Of a stretch of 64,000 nucleotides of DNA, positions 38,884 to 49,918 are shown piece after piece. The translations under genes and the position numbers were made by a program. Positions within the stretch are counted from its first letter, which is position 1. Each line of letters begins with the position of its first letter. The notes under the pieces were generated by a model. That model saw nothing but the letters and a program-made list of their open reading frames with translations. It was not told the DNA's origin and did no database searches. Location: contig CAVZPM010000009.1 in the NCBI GenBank assembly GCA_963777155.1, positions 32,001 through 96,000 on the forward strand, in the 5' to 3' direction. The DNA is from Candidatus Bathyarchaeota archaeon (lineage in GTDB: Archaea > Thermoproteota > Bathyarchaeia > Bathyarchaeales > Bathycorpusculaceae).

Positions 38884-41303
38884 GCGTCAAAGAGAAAGAA
38901 TTGGTTTTATGGTTTGATAATTTAAGAAATACTGATGTTTCCATTGTTGGCGGCAAGAACGCCAGCCTTGGTGAAATGATTCATGCGGCACTACCTGTGC
39001 CTTTTGGTTTTGCCGTAACCGCATATTCTTATGAAAGATTTATTGTTGAGAAAAAAATCGCTGAACAAATCTACAAAATTATAACAGACACAGTAACTAA
39101 CCCAAACGACCCCAGACAGTACGATACTGCATCCAAAAAAATCCGTGAACTTATAGAAAAGACTCTAATGCCTAAAGACATTGAAACCGCCATAAGAAAC
39201 GCTTACGCCGAATTAAACAAACGTTTTAACTTAAAAGACACTTTTGTCGCGGTACGTTCAAGCGCAACTGCCGAAGACTTGCCTGACGCATCGTTTGCAG
39301 GTCAGCAGGAAACTTACCTAAACGTTAGAGGCGCAGACGACCTCATAGAAAAGGTTAGGAAATGCTGGTCTAGCCTCTTCACGCCAAGAGCAATCTTCTA
39401 TCGAACCGAGAAAGGCTTCCCACACGAAAAAGTTTTCATTAGCGTCGGCGTCCAAAAAATGGTAAACTCCCGCGCTGCAGGAGTCATGTTCACAATTAAT
39501 CCGGTTACAGGTAACAGAGACGAAATCGTAATCGAAGGCAACTTCGGCTTAGGCGAAACCGTAGTTTCAGGTGTCGTTAACCCTGACGATTTCGTTGTGG
39601 ACAAGAACTCGATGCTGATAAAAGAACGCCGTATCTCACGCAAAACTATCAAGTATATCCGTGACCCCAAAACAGGAAAAACAGTCCACATAGACATTCC
39701 TGAAGCTGAACAAAAAATAGTTTGCATAAGCGACCAAGAAATCGCTAAACTTACTGAACTTGCCAAGCGCATAGAGAAGCATTACGGTAAACCTATGGAT
39801 ATTGAATGGGCAATCGACCAGGATCTATCGTTCCCTGAAAACATGATGCTGGTTCAGGCTCGCCCAGAAACCGTTTTCGGATCAAAAACAGTGGAAGCGA
39901 CAAAAATGGAAGAAAATAAAGCTCAAGACCTAAAAGTTGTTGTTCGAGGTATCTCTGCCGGAAGAAGGGGTTACGGCGTAGGCAAAGCAAAAATTGTCCT
40001 AAACCCTGAAGATGCCCACAAAGAAATGCACAAGGGTGACGTTCTCGTCACAGGCATGACTGACCCTGATTTTGTTCCCTTCATGAAAATGGCAAGCGCA
40101 ATAGTTACCGATAAAGGTGGAATCACATCCCACGCAGCTATCGTCAGTCGAGAACTAAACATCCCATGTGTCGTTGGCACCGAAAACGCGACACAACTTA
40201 TGAAGACGGGTCAAGAATACACTGTAGATTCAAGAAACGGAGTAATTTATGACGGCATAATGGCGCAAGCAGTTGCTCCAACCGCAGTAAACAACGGCGG
40301 CGCAGTATTGATGGCAGAGGCAGCTCCCGTGACAGCCACCAAGATTTATATGAACCTCGGAACCCCCGAGATGATTGAACAATACAAGAACCTCCCGTTT
40401 GAAGGCATCGGGCTCATGCGTACCGAATTCATCTTAGCAAGCGCCATCGGACAGCACCCAATGGCGTTTGTTGATGCAGGCCAAAGCCAGCAATTCGTCG
40501 ATAAACTCGCCGATGGTATAGCAACAGTTGCAAGGGCAATCCAGCCAAAACCCGTCGTGGTTCGTTTAAGCGACTTTAAAACTAACGAATACCGAGGCTT
40601 GAAAGGCGGTGAAAAATACGAAATCATCGAAGAAAACCCCATGTTGGGTTGGAGAGGATGCAGCCGCTACATAAGCAAATGGTACGACAAAGCTTTCCGC
40701 CTGGAATGCCAAGCCATTGTAAAATGCCGCAAAGAGTGGGCGCTCAAAAACGTCTACGTTATGCTGCCCATGGTAAGAACCCTCTGGGAGGCTAAAGCAG
40801 TCCTTCAAATCATGAAAGAGGAAGGCTTAGAACGCAACAAAGACTTCAAAGTCTGGTTTATGGCAGAAACACCGTCCATCGGAATTATGGCTGATGAATT
40901 CAGCAAACTCGTTGACGGTTTCAGCATAGGCTCAAATGACATGACCCAAGGCGTGCTCATGATTGACCGCGACAGTGAACGCTTAGGGCAAATGGGCTAC
41001 TTTGATGAACGCGACCCAGCAGTCAAGCGCATAATTGCCCACCTAATCAAAGCTGCCCATGAAAACGGCTGTACTGTCAGCATCTGCGGAGAAGGGCCAT
41101 CTAACCTGCCAGACTTCGCAGAGTTTCTCGTTCGCGTCGGCATTGATAGCATATCCGTAAACAACGACGCCGTTGTCCAGACACGCAAACACGTGGCAAG
41201 TGTTGAACAAAAAATTATCCTAGAGCGATTGGCTGAGCAAGCCGCTTTAGCTCGGGGACAACCACTCAAGAAGCCAACGCAAGACTGGGAATGGTCACAC
41301 TAA
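38880..41303 (+). CDS. ppsA: Phosphoenolpyruvate synthase
   Basis: VGGKNASLGE, VRSSATAEDLPDASFAGQQ, GGITSHAAIVSRE, GLMRTEF, ENPMLGWRG, SIGSND. Confidence 0.97.
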   Translation: MSVKEKELVLWFDNLRNTDVSIVGGKNASLGEMIHAALPVPFGFAVTAYSYERFIVEKKIAEQIYKIITDTVTNPNDPRQYDTASKKIRELIEKTLMPKDIETAIRNAYAELNKRFNLKDTFVAVRSSATAEDLPDASFAGQQETYLNVRGADDLIEKVRKCWSSLFTPRAIFYRTEKGFPHEKVFISVGVQKMVNSRAAGVMFTINPVTGNRDEIVIEGNFGLGETVVSGVVNPDDFVVDKNSMLIKERRISRKTIKYIRDPKTGKTVHIDIPEAEQKIVCISDQEIAKLTELAKRIEKHYGKPMDIEWAIDQDLSFPENMMLVQARPETVFGSKTVEATKMEENKAQDLKVVVRGISAGRRGYGVGKAKIVLNPEDAHKEMHKGDVLVTGMTDPDFVPFMKMASAIVTDKGGITSHAAIVSRELNIPCVVGTENATQLMKTGQEYTVDSRNGVIYDGIMAQAVAPTAVNNGGAVLMAEAAPVTATKIYMNLGTPEMIEQYKNLPFEGIGLMRTEFILASAIGQHPMAFVDAGQSQQFVDKLADGIATVARAIQPKPVVVRLSDFKTNEYRGLKGGEKYEIIEENPMLGWRGCSRYISKWYDKAFRLECQAIVKCRKEWALKNVYVMLPMVRTLWEAKAVLQIMKEEGLERNKDFKVWFMAETPSIGIMADEFSKLVDGFSIGSNDMTQGVLMIDRDSERLGQMGYFDERDPAVKRIIAHLIKAAHENGCTVSICGEGPSNLPDFAEFLVRVGIDSISVNNDAVVQTRKHVASVEQKIILERLAEQAALARGQPLKKPTQDWEWSH

Positions 41304-41372
41304 GACAAGATAGCTTTAGCCCCAAATCCTGTTTTCCTTTACTTTCTTGTATCTGTTGATTGAGGGTGGCTT

Positions 41373-42374
41373 ATGAAAGGGTTTGATTTTGAAGAGAAAA
41401 GAATAAAACAGGAAATCCTTAAACTTGGCGCCAAACGTGTTTTGCTTCAGATGCCTCAGGGATTGAAACCCCAAGCCACCGCCATAGCTAAAACTGTGGA
41501 GGCATGCGGTGCCGTCGCGGTTATTTCAGTCGACCCATGTTACGGTGCTTGTGATATATTGGTTAGTGAGGCGGAAGGTTTGGGTGCGGATTTGATTGTT
41601 CATTTTGGTCATGCTAAAATGGTCAGACAGACGCGGATTCCAACAGTGTACGTGGAGGCAAGGGCGAATGTTTCAGTCCACACGGCGGTGGTTCACGCAA
41701 TTCCTCTGTTGAATGACTACACCCGAATTGGTTTAACTACGTCAGTTCAGCACCTGGGAACGTTAAAGCAAGTGGAACAAATCCTTACAGGAGCGGGTAA
41801 AATGGTCCTAATTGGAAACGCTGGCCAACTGGAGTATGCGGGGCAAGTCATAGGTTGCAACTACAGCAACGCCAAAATTATAGCTGACCAAGTTGACGCG
41901 TTTCTCTTTATCGGCGGCGGAATGTTCCATGCCTTGGGTATCGCTTTAGGTGCTTCAAAGCCAACTATAATAGTGGACCCCTACGATAACAGGGCGTACT
42001 CAATCACCGACCAAGCCCGGCGGCTCCTAAAGCAACGATTCGCAAGCATCCAAGAAGCCGCAAACGCCAAAACCTTCGGTGTCCTCGTTGGGTTAAAACC
42101 AGGTCAACAACACCTTGACAGTGCGCTTAGGGTTAAAACGCTGGCGGAAAAGAATGGGCGAGAAGCGTTTATTTTGGCAGGCAGAGAGCTCACTCCTGAA
42201 ACCTTACTAGAGTTTCCAAGTATAGATACCTATGTAAACACGGCTTGCCCACGTATATCGCTTGACACACCTGGGAAATTCCAAAAACCCATCCTGACAG
42301 TCAACGAGTTTATGGTGGTTTGTGGCGAGGATTCATGGGAGAACATGCTCAAAAAAGGCTTATTCGAAAATTAG
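41373..42374 (+). CDS. dph2: Diphthamide biosynthesis enzyme Dph2
   Basis: PCYGACD, HFGH, GQVIGC, NTACPRI. Confidence 0.95.
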   Translation: MKGFDFEEKRIKQEILKLGAKRVLLQMPQGLKPQATAIAKTVEACGAVAVISVDPCYGACDILVSEAEGLGADLIVHFGHAKMVRQTRIPTVYVEARANVSVHTAVVHAIPLLNDYTRIGLTTSVQHLGTLKQVEQILTGAGKMVLIGNAGQLEYAGQVIGCNYSNAKIIADQVDAFLFIGGGMFHALGIALGASKPTIIVDPYDNRAYSITDQARRLLKQRFASIQEAANAKTFGVLVGLKPGQQHLDSALRVKTLAEKNGREAFILAGRELTPETLLEFPSIDTYVNTACPRISLDTPGKFQKPILTVNEFMVVCGEDSWENMLKKGLFEN

Positions 42375-43033
42375 ACCTCGAACGTTTCTTATCTACGGTT
42401 GAGCCTCAACCTACACCCAAAGCCCATCTGGAACAATATACGACCTCTGAGCAGATCGCCGCCAACATGCTTTACATCGCTGCTTACTCGAACAGCGACA
42501 TCGTTGATAAGTCGGTGCTGGACCTAGGTTGCGGTACAGGTAGGCTTGCTTTGGGTGCCTGTTATCTTGGAGCAAAAGAAGTTATAGGCGTTGACGTCGA
42601 CTCGTTGGCCATTAAAACTGCCCATGAAAACTCTCACAATGCTGGTATGATGGATTGTATTCAATGGATTAACACCGATATTGGCTCGGTTGTGGGGTGT
42701 TTTGATACTGTTTTGATGAATCCGCCTTTTGGGGTTCAGACCCGAGAAGCTGACCGTGCGTTCTTGACCAAAGCTCTTGATGTTGGCAACGCAGTCTATT
42801 CGCTTCATAATCACCCAGAAGTTGACCAACGCTTGATTGGGCAGCTTAAGGGTAGTGGTGGGTTTTTGCAGGTGAAGTCTTCCCCGTTTCTGCAACGGTT
42901 CATCGAAAAAAATGGCGGTCTAGTCGTGGGTGTTTATGCTATGCTAATGACGATTCCCCGCATGTTTGATTTTCACAGAAAACTAAAGTATGATTTTGTC
43001 GTTGACTTATATATTATCCAAAAGAAATCTTAA
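42335..43033 (+). CDS. METTL5-family methyltransferase
   Basis: LEQYTT, DLGCGTG, MNPPFG, VYSLH. Confidence 0.92.
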   Translation: MGEHAQKRLIRKLDLERFLSTVEPQPTPKAHLEQYTTSEQIAANMLYIAAYSNSDIVDKSVLDLGCGTGRLALGACYLGAKEVIGVDVDSLAIKTAHENSHNAGMMDCIQWINTDIGSVVGCFDTVLMNPPFGVQTREADRAFLTKALDVGNAVYSLHNHPEVDQRLIGQLKGSGGFLQVKSSPFLQRFIEKNGGLVVGVYAMLMTIPRMFDFHRKLKYDFVVDLYIIQKKS

Positions 43034-43147
43034 GCAACACCTGAAATTGTATTGTTGTTTAATAATCAAAAGGTTTATTGAGCAGAATGGAAACTAAGCA
43101 TATGCATTTATCAAAATCAAGCTTACTTTAAAGTAAAGGGAACCATC

Positions 43148-43729
43148 ATGAGTCTAAAATCTCCAGAAGAAAAAAGCGGTCATTTAGTGTTGCCTGGCGA
43201 ACGCTTAGGCGTTATTGAAGAATTTATTCCCGACGCTGGGACTTTTGTTAAAGACGGCGTTATCTATTCAAAGATAATTGGGCGGTCACTCGTAGATTTA
43301 CAGAACAGAAAAGTTTCGGTTTACCCCGTTGTTAAAGGCGTTGTTGTACCAAAAGTCTCCACCGTAGTAATTGGCCAAATTGGCAACGCTCAATCAGATA
43401 ACGTCTTGGTTAAAATCTTTAGAATTGGAGACAAAAGACTCTCAGGCAACTTCGGCGGCATCCTTCACGTTTCAGATGTCTCCGACAGATATGTTGACCA
43501 AATAAGTGACGTATGCAAACCAGGGGACATCATCAAAGCCAAAGTCATCAGCGAAAAAAACCAAGTCTTCCATCTATCAATGAACGACAAGGGCTTAGGT
43601 GTAGTGTATGGTTTCTGTTCGCGATGCGGAACCATGCTCGAACAACAAGGATACGACCTAAAATGCCCAAAAGACGGAAATATTGAAAGAAGAAAAATAG
43701 CTCCAGATTACGGCAAAGAACATCTCTAG
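43148..43729 (+). CDS. csl4: Exosome RNA-binding subunit Csl4
   Basis: VLPGERLG, S1 domain, LGVV..CSRCG...CP..GNIERRK. Confidence 0.94.
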   Translation: MSLKSPEEKSGHLVLPGERLGVIEEFIPDAGTFVKDGVIYSKIIGRSLVDLQNRKVSVYPVVKGVVVPKVSTVVIGQIGNAQSDNVLVKIFRIGDKRLSGNFGGILHVSDVSDRYVDQISDVCKPGDIIKAKVISEKNQVFHLSMNDKGLGVVYGFCSRCGTMLEQQGYDLKCPKDGNIERRKIAPDYGKEHL

Positions 43730-43743
43730 GAAGGCGAAAAAGC

Positions 43744-44025
43744 ATGAAAATTAAAGTATTAAAGAAATCAGAAAATGAGCTAAAGATTGAAATCGAAGGC
43801 TCAAGTCATGGGCTTTGTAATCTTTTAGCTAAGCGACTTCTGGAAGACAAAAAAGTAGAGTTTGCAGGCTATGATGTGCCTCATCCTTTAGCTTCAAGCC
43901 CCATCATCTACCTTAGAATGAAAGGTGACAACAAGCCTGAGGAAGCTTTGATTGAGGCTACAGACAGAGTTCGGGAAGCGAATGACGCGTTCGGCAAAGA
44001 GTTGACCCGTGTTCTCAAAGCTTAA
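43744..44025 (+). CDS. rpoL: RNA polymerase subunit Rpo11 (L)
   Basis: IEGSSHGLCNLL...FAGYDVPHPL. Confidence 0.94.
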   Translation: MKIKVLKKSENELKIEIEGSSHGLCNLLAKRLLEDKKVEFAGYDVPHPLASSPIIYLRMKGDNKPEEALIEATDRVREANDAFGKELTRVLKA

Positions 44026-44129
44026 CCCATTACATTTTTTCAATTCTCTTTATTTTATACATCTTTGAATTTGCTTAAAGGGCAGCGTGCTGCTATTTTT
44101 TTAATCCCCTACACTTTACTTATATTTAA

Positions 44130-44720
44130 GTGAAAAAGTTGGCCTGTCCAAAAAAGTTTCGAATAATAAAACCTGAAATCAGAGTGCTGGGCATAGATGA
44201 CGGAAAATTTATTCCGCGTTCCCAAGGCACGGTTATTGCAGTTGGCGTTGTTTTCCGAGGAGGCTGCTCCATTGATGGAGTCATGCATACAAACATTGTG
44301 ATTGACGGCTTAGAGGCCACAGAAAAGTTTGCCGCAATGATTAACAGTTCGCCTCACCACAAGCAACTGCGTCTAGTAATGTTAAACGGGATAACGTTTG
44401 CCGGTTTTAACATCGTTGATATCAAAAGATTGTATACTTCTACTGGTCTTCCTGTTTTAGCGTTGACTCACGACAAACCAGATATGGACGCGGTTTATGA
44501 AGCACTTAAAAACTTGCCAAATTCCGAGGAGCGTTGGAGATTGGTCGTCGAGGCAGGGGAAATATATGAAGTCATCAATAATGGGACTAAGATTTATCTG
44601 GAGTTAGCTGGAATTTCTCTTGCTGATGCACAAAAGATCATCCGATTAACTTCTACAAGGAGTTGTTTGCCTGAACCGCTACGGGTTGCTCATCTAATAG
44701 CTTCTGGAATTAGCCCTTAA
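44130..44720 (+). CDS. DUF99 family endonuclease V-like protein
   Basis: RVLGIDDG, GITFAGFNIVD, PEPLRVAHLIA. Confidence 0.92.
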   Translation: MKKLACPKKFRIIKPEIRVLGIDDGKFIPRSQGTVIAVGVVFRGGCSIDGVMHTNIVIDGLEATEKFAAMINSSPHHKQLRLVMLNGITFAGFNIVDIKRLYTSTGLPVLALTHDKPDMDAVYEALKNLPNSEERWRLVVEAGEIYEVINNGTKIYLELAGISLADAQKIIRLTSTRSCLPEPLRVAHLIASGISP

Positions 44721-44792
44721 CTAAGGCTAACCTAGAAAAAGTTTAAAAGGTACCATGCTAAGGGAATCCCAAAACGTTTGGAGTAACGGACT

Positions 44793-45149
44793 ATGGAATT
44801 CTGTCCAAAATGCGGTTCACGACTTGAGCCAAAGAAATCTAAAAGCGGTAAAGAAGCAACCTTAATTCTTGCCTGCCCTAAATGTGGTTATAAGAAGCCG
44901 GAAGCAGACAAAAAAGTCGAGCCTAAAGTGGCGCCCAAGGTAATTCAACATACTCCTCAGCAGTTTGTAGCTGTTATCGGCAAAGAGGAGCAGAAGCTGA
45001 GTACGTTACCGACGGTTCGTATCGAGTGCCCAAGATGTGGCAACAACACCGCTTATGTTTGGCAAGTGCAAACACGCGGCGCAGATGAATCTTCAACTCA
45101 ATTTCTACGTTGCACAAAATGCAATTACACCTATAGAGAATACAGCTAA
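44793..45149 (+). CDS. tfs: Transcription factor S
   Basis: FCPKCGS...CPKCG and CPRCG...QTRGADE...CTKC with the acidic hairpin. Confidence 0.96.
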   Translation: MEFCPKCGSRLEPKKSKSGKEATLILACPKCGYKKPEADKKVEPKVAPKVIQHTPQQFVAVIGKEEQKLSTLPTVRIECPRCGNNTAYVWQVQTRGADESSTQFLRCTKCNYTYREYS

Positions 45150-45246
45150 ACACTCTATTTTTCTCTCGTTTTTCTCTCGTCTTGCGGGACAGGTTTTAGT
45201 GTCGTTAGGCACATTGTTTTTTAAATTGACAATACATGGTTAATTT

Positions 45247-46311
45247 GTGCGCGGCATGAAAGACCCCATTTTACCCCAGAAAGACCATACGGCTATTTTC
45301 CTTAAACTTCTGCCGCTTATCGCATTCACGATTCCTTTGGTGCTTCTATTTATTCTAAACCCATTGGATCCATACCTAAACCTTTCCGCACAGGATTCTT
45401 TTCAGTCAATGTGGAAAGGACGAACTTTCCAATTATTCTTCATTTGGCTAGTAGCCCTCGAGTTTATTCTAAGTTGGGAAAACATTAAATTTACAATAAC
45501 CAAAAAGCAAAAAACAAGATTTGCTGCTTATGGTTTTGTTTTACTGCTTCCAACATTGTTTATTGTTTCAGAGTACTATTTAGGTTTGAATGGTGCCATT
45601 GCGACCCTGTCCGCACAAAACAGTGCTGCCTTTTCAGGCTCAATGCCTCTAGCTATTGAATACCTTGTCTTCTCACTTGTTTTTTGCCTGACTGTTTTTC
45701 TGTCTTTTGGGAAAAAAGGATTGACGGATTTTGTTTTACCCGCCCTGTTTGTTGGGATAGTCGGTTTCCTCTACACTATCGACAACTTTTTTCCTTATGG
45801 GCAGTTTACACCGTTTCAGTTGTTGGTTCCAACGACTGCTTCTTTTGCCGCGGGTTTTTTGAGTTTGATGGGGTACAATGTTATTTCGGGCACCGAGTTT
45901 GGAACTGGGATGCCGACTCTTCAGGTTACGGGTTCGTTGGGAACGGCGAAGTTTGCGATCGCATGGCCCTGTGCGGGCATAGAGAGTCTTCTTATCTTCA
46001 CGGCTGTGGCTTTGCTATTTTTGAAGAGGATGAACATTTCCTGGAAAGCAAAACTAAGTTTCTTTGTCTTCGGCGCAGTAGTAACATACTTCATTAATGT
46101 TTTGAGAATCGCAAATCTCTTCATCCTTGGAACCCAATATGGAGTAGAATCAAGTCAAGTGCAGTCATTCCACTTCTACCTTGGACCGCTCTACGCGATG
46201 GTATGGATTATCTCATACCCGATGATTATTCTCGCAAGCCTTGGTTTATGGGGAAAAATAAGAAGCAGAAATACTATGAAACCTCAACAAGTACAGCTAA
46301 ACCCTGCTTAA
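45247..46311 (+). CDS. Archaeosortase/exosortase family protein
   Basis: Multi-TM with Cys (IAWPCAG), Arg (INVLRI) and His (FHFY) catalytic triad. Confidence 0.88.
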   Translation: MRGMKDPILPQKDHTAIFLKLLPLIAFTIPLVLLFILNPLDPYLNLSAQDSFQSMWKGRTFQLFFIWLVALEFILSWENIKFTITKKQKTRFAAYGFVLLLPTLFIVSEYYLGLNGAIATLSAQNSAAFSGSMPLAIEYLVFSLVFCLTVFLSFGKKGLTDFVLPALFVGIVGFLYTIDNFFPYGQFTPFQLLVPTTASFAAGFLSLMGYNVISGTEFGTGMPTLQVTGSLGTAKFAIAWPCAGIESLLIFTAVALLFLKRMNISWKAKLSFFVFGAVVTYFINVLRIANLFILGTQYGVESSQVQSFHFYLGPLYAMVWIISYPMIILASLGLWGKIRSRNTMKPQQVQLNPA

Positions 46312-46867
46312 CAAGTATCTGAGCGTTCTGAGGAGGAAGAGACGCAACATCCTCCGCTATAAAAGGACCATACGACTTCATATCTGCACCCATAATTGCG
46401 GGAATGCTCTTAAGAAACCGAATTGTAGACCGTTTGGAGACTATGGGAGAGGCATTTTCGGTTTTAACAACAATTCTTGAAGTCTTGTCTGGTTCAGTTA
46501 TTTGAGTAATTTGTCCCAGCATTAATTCGTCAGCGAATTTGTGGTAGGTTTTGGTGAAGTCGGCAAAGGTTTCAACCATCCGAGTCTCTTCGTTTGTCAG
46601 CAACCCAACTGGCGTTTTTTGGTTTTTGGTTATATTTTTGATGAGTTTTCGGTATCTTGTCTCAAGTAGTTCCTTTAGCATCCGTTCAACGTTAGCGGAC
46701 TCATGTAAAAGCAGGTTCATCTTAACGGATTTTTTGTCAAGAATTTTGTCTTCATCTTTTATATGCTGCAGGTACTCACTGATTTTAACATAGAAGTCAG
46801 GCGGTAGGGCTCCAAGTGTGGGGTCGTCGATTTCTCTTTGCCAAGCAGCGTAAAGTTGATTATACAT
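46274..46867 (-). CDS. gins51: GINS complex subunit GINS51 (Gins15)
   Basis: LPPDFY, R..KL, LTNEE A-domain; C-terminal IMGADMKSYGPF..EDVASLP..NA.ILVKQG B-domain. Adjacent to priS. Confidence 0.9.
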   Translation of the reverse strand: MYNQLYAAWQREIDDPTLGALPPDFYVKISEYLQHIKDEDKILDKKSVKMNLLLHESANVERMLKELLETRYRKLIKNITKNQKTPVGLLTNEETRMVETFADFTKTYHKFADELMLGQITQITEPDKTSRIVVKTENASPIVSKRSTIRFLKSIPAIMGADMKSYGPFIAEDVASLPPQNAQILVKQGLAVLVEVS

Positions 46868-48093
46868 TACTTGGCCACCTCAGCTCTTCTCTTACAGATA
46901 AGCATAACAGCTGCAGCAGTCGGCAACTCAACAGTCTGATTCTTATATGGCCCCAATGTTTCCCCACTCAACTTGAACTCTGGCGCATCAAACACCAACA
47001 CTTTAGCTTTGCCCTTTTTAAAAGCTACCGCTCCCGTGAAGGGGTCAAAGTCCTGCAGGTTTTTGGCTGGGAGCTCAACTTTTTTAAGTCCTGTTTTTCC
47101 ATGCAAGGTGCCATTCATGCGGATTAGGCGGTGGATGTCGGTGGTGACGACGGTGTCGATCTTTGAAGATTGTTTCTCTCGGATGTGCTCGGCTAGTTTT
47201 AACCATGTTTGAACGCTTATGCCGTTGATGCTTTCCCACCTGCCCTCGTTTATGGCTCGCTTAATAATGGCGTTCTTGTTATCCATAAGCGATTTATTCT
47301 TTAAGCCAACAGCTCTGAGGTCTTCTTTTGTGGCGTTTAAAAGAAAATCCTGCATTCCCAGCTTCAGGCGTTTATTCCAACCGAAATTGTGCAAACTAAA
47401 CTTCTTGGTCGCGGAACGTTTTCCACGTTTTTCTCTGGCTTCTTTATCAAATATGTTAATACCCAGTCCTGTGACGTAGTCGACGATTTCTTTGCGTGCC
47501 ATCGCATCTAGCGACCTTACATTTTCAGTTTCAACGTGCACGTGATATCCTCGGTGCCCAGAAAAATAGACATGCAATTCATCTTGGGAAAACCCAAAAT
47601 CATTCTCTAGCATATCAAGCAGTTTGGCAGTTTCGTCACGGGCGGATTGAATACACAAATCGCAAGCCCAAATTTTGGTTTCAAACTTTGTTGCTTCACA
47701 GCATGGGCAAACTTCTGGGGTGATTCCTCTTCCTTCGAAACTGCATTTTACACATTTAAATTCATCGTGGATTTTGTTACATGTAGTTGGGATGTGGTCT
47801 GCGTCTATGTCGAAGACCAGATCGGAACCTATCCAACATTTTTTGTCCATGTCAAAGTCTGGGTTTTCATAGTAGGCGCAACTATGGTAGACGTCGGAGG
47901 GCACGGTTTCGGCAAGGGTTACTCTTAGGCTACTCATGCTACTGAACCTTCTGTGCCGAACCATGAAGCGCTCCTTGAACATGAGATAGCCGAATTCCCG
48001 TTGCTCAAGCATGGAGACAGCAGGAACTGTTGTTGAGGGATCCTGGTAATACTCCGTGAATTTTTGATAAACGTATTCTCGAGAAGCCTCCAT
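46867..48093 (-). CDS. priS: DNA primase small subunit
   Basis: REFG, DLVFDIDAD, FSGHRGYHV, IDTVVTTDIHRLIR. Confidence 0.96.
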   Translation of the reverse strand: MEASREYVYQKFTEYYQDPSTTVPAVSMLEQREFGYLMFKERFMVRHRRFSSMSSLRVTLAETVPSDVYHSCAYYENPDFDMDKKCWIGSDLVFDIDADHIPTTCNKIHDEFKCVKCSFEGRGITPEVCPCCEATKFETKIWACDLCIQSARDETAKLLDMLENDFGFSQDELHVYFSGHRGYHVHVETENVRSLDAMARKEIVDYVTGLGINIFDKEAREKRGKRSATKKFSLHNFGWNKRLKLGMQDFLLNATKEDLRAVGLKNKSLMDNKNAIIKRAINEGRWESINGISVQTWLKLAEHIREKQSSKIDTVVTTDIHRLIRMNGTLHGKTGLKKVELPAKNLQDFDPFTGAVAFKKGKAKVLVFDAPEFKLSGETLGPYKNQTVELPTAAAVMLICKRRAEVAK

Positions 48094-48173
48094 ACCCTAC
48101 CCTCTTCTTAACACAGTAATACTCGATTGTCTTAAATTTAACCTATACCAAAAAAATCGTACTGCTCATCCCA

Positions 48174-49844
48174 CTATAATTTGGGTATTGTTTGGAAGGA
48201 ACCTAAAAACTGAATGGGATTACCACTGAAGCAGAGCATTAAGATCATAAAGATCAGCCAGAGGATGGTAACCTCGAACTCTTTTTTGCGTTGAGGAATC
48301 AACGCATAGACAAAAATATACGGTATATACCAGTATTGGAAGTAAGGCAGTATAAAACTGGGTAAAAGCAGGAAAATCGCTGATAAGGAAAGGAAACTGT
48401 TTTTGTTAAGCATGTAAGTTGCATAAATCAATGTGACTGCAAGGGTTATCAAAATACCTGCGGCTTGGTAGTTCCAGGCGAATTTAGAGTGAGGAGCGAA
48501 AGCGTTGATGGCATTCATGACTAACTCCGTTCTGGTTTGCATCATGAACGGTGCACTCAAGTAAGCCGTAAACCCACTGATCCCCAGTAGTATTATTCCT
48601 AAAAAAACCGCTTTGTTTCGGATGAAGCTTTCAAGATTGTTTTTTTCAAGCATTTTCATTAGACCAACGATAATGATTGGCAAGAGAAAAATGCCCGCCT
48701 GGTACTTGAAAAAGATAGAAATTCCAATGAGCAAAATGAAATAGTCGTAGTGTTCACCCAAAAACATAGTTACCGCAAGCAAGGCAAAGAGAAATGCTAT
48801 TGAATCATACATGCCGCCGGCGGCGTAAAGTACCAGCGACACGTAAATGATGTATAGGCCTGCTATTTTCCAGAATAAATGCGAATTTTTCTTAAGATAA
48901 GCGCTAAGGATGAAGTAGAGGCAAATGTGGGCGAAGAATAGGAAAAGGGCTATTTCAAGTTTGTAAACTAGAACGGGGTCTAAACCGTTCTGAAGCAGGA
49001 TGCCAAATGGCAGAAAAAGTAGGATGCTGCCCAAAGGGTATAGGTGTGGCATTTCTGGCCAAGTTACAAACATGTAGTGTGAGCTGTCTTGGCTTGATAA
49101 AGTTCCTAAAGGCTGGCTAAACACTGAAAAGCCATCTTTGAGAAACAGGGTGGAAACATAACTGTCTCTGACGTGGTCGGTATACCAATTATTGAATGTC
49201 GCAAGAGGATTGGTGTTTACTGATAAAAGAATAAGCCAAAGAACCAACGATAACAAGAGAAGAGCCAACAGGCGGTTGCGGAAGGTCTTGTTAGGAGATC
49301 GTGAAGAAGGCATGTCTTCTAATTTTTCTGTGAGCTTGGGATATGCCCATTTCAATAGGATAATCAGAGCGGAACCTGAGCTTAGTAGAAATATGATCTT
49401 TGCTGAAGTGGCAAGCCAGGAGAACGGGTAGAGGACTTGTGGTTTCTCAACTGTTGCTATAAGGTGGACCCAGCTCGCGTTTGATGTGTTAGAGTAGAAA
49501 ACTACTTCATCATAATTCGGACCTGCAATGAAGGAGTAGGTGATGTTTTGGTCTACTGAGTTTGAGTAGATTGTAGAGTTGGAGTTTACGATGGAAAAGT
49601 TTTTCATGAAGGAAGTAGGGCAGTCAATTGTTACTGTGATGTTTTCTCCGCCGTGGAACGCTCCTATGCCCTGTCTATACATTTCGTTTTGGCTTAATCT
49701 GAAAGAATAGTCTATAACCGTGTTTTTTTGATTGTTGCCTGTAACGACTGGAAACAGGCTTACGACCGACAGAACTATGCCTAGGGCCAAAAACACCAAA
49801 GCGACTAAAAGAAATATTTTAGCCAAGCTATGCCTCTTCGTCAA
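48174..49844 (-). CDS. Polytopic membrane protein, probable GT-C glycosyltransferase
   Basis: N-terminal TM, extracellular beta-rich domain, then ~11 TMs with a WYTDH...WPEMPHLYP loop, MYD and FKYQ. Confidence 0.65.
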   Translation of the reverse strand: MTKRHSLAKIFLLVALVFLALGIVLSVVSLFPVVTGNNQKNTVIDYSFRLSQNEMYRQGIGAFHGGENITVTIDCPTSFMKNFSIVNSNSTIYSNSVDQNITYSFIAGPNYDEVVFYSNTSNASWVHLIATVEKPQVLYPFSWLATSAKIIFLLSSGSALIILLKWAYPKLTEKLEDMPSSRSPNKTFRNRLLALLLLSLVLWLILLSVNTNPLATFNNWYTDHVRDSYVSTLFLKDGFSVFSQPLGTLSSQDSSHYMFVTWPEMPHLYPLGSILLFLPFGILLQNGLDPVLVYKLEIALFLFFAHICLYFILSAYLKKNSHLFWKIAGLYIIYVSLVLYAAGGMYDSIAFLFALLAVTMFLGEHYDYFILLIGISIFFKYQAGIFLLPIIIVGLMKMLEKNNLESFIRNKAVFLGIILLGISGFTAYLSAPFMMQTRTELVMNAINAFAPHSKFAWNYQAAGILITLAVTLIYATYMLNKNSFLSLSAIFLLLPSFILPYFQYWYIPYIFVYALIPQRKKEFEVTILWLIFMILMLCFSGNPIQFLGSFQTIPKL

Positions 49845-49918
49845 ACTGCCCCCTTCATGGATAACAACTGTAGGTATTATTTTCTGCTATAAAAACAAAA
49901 AAGCGTTAACCCGTGGCA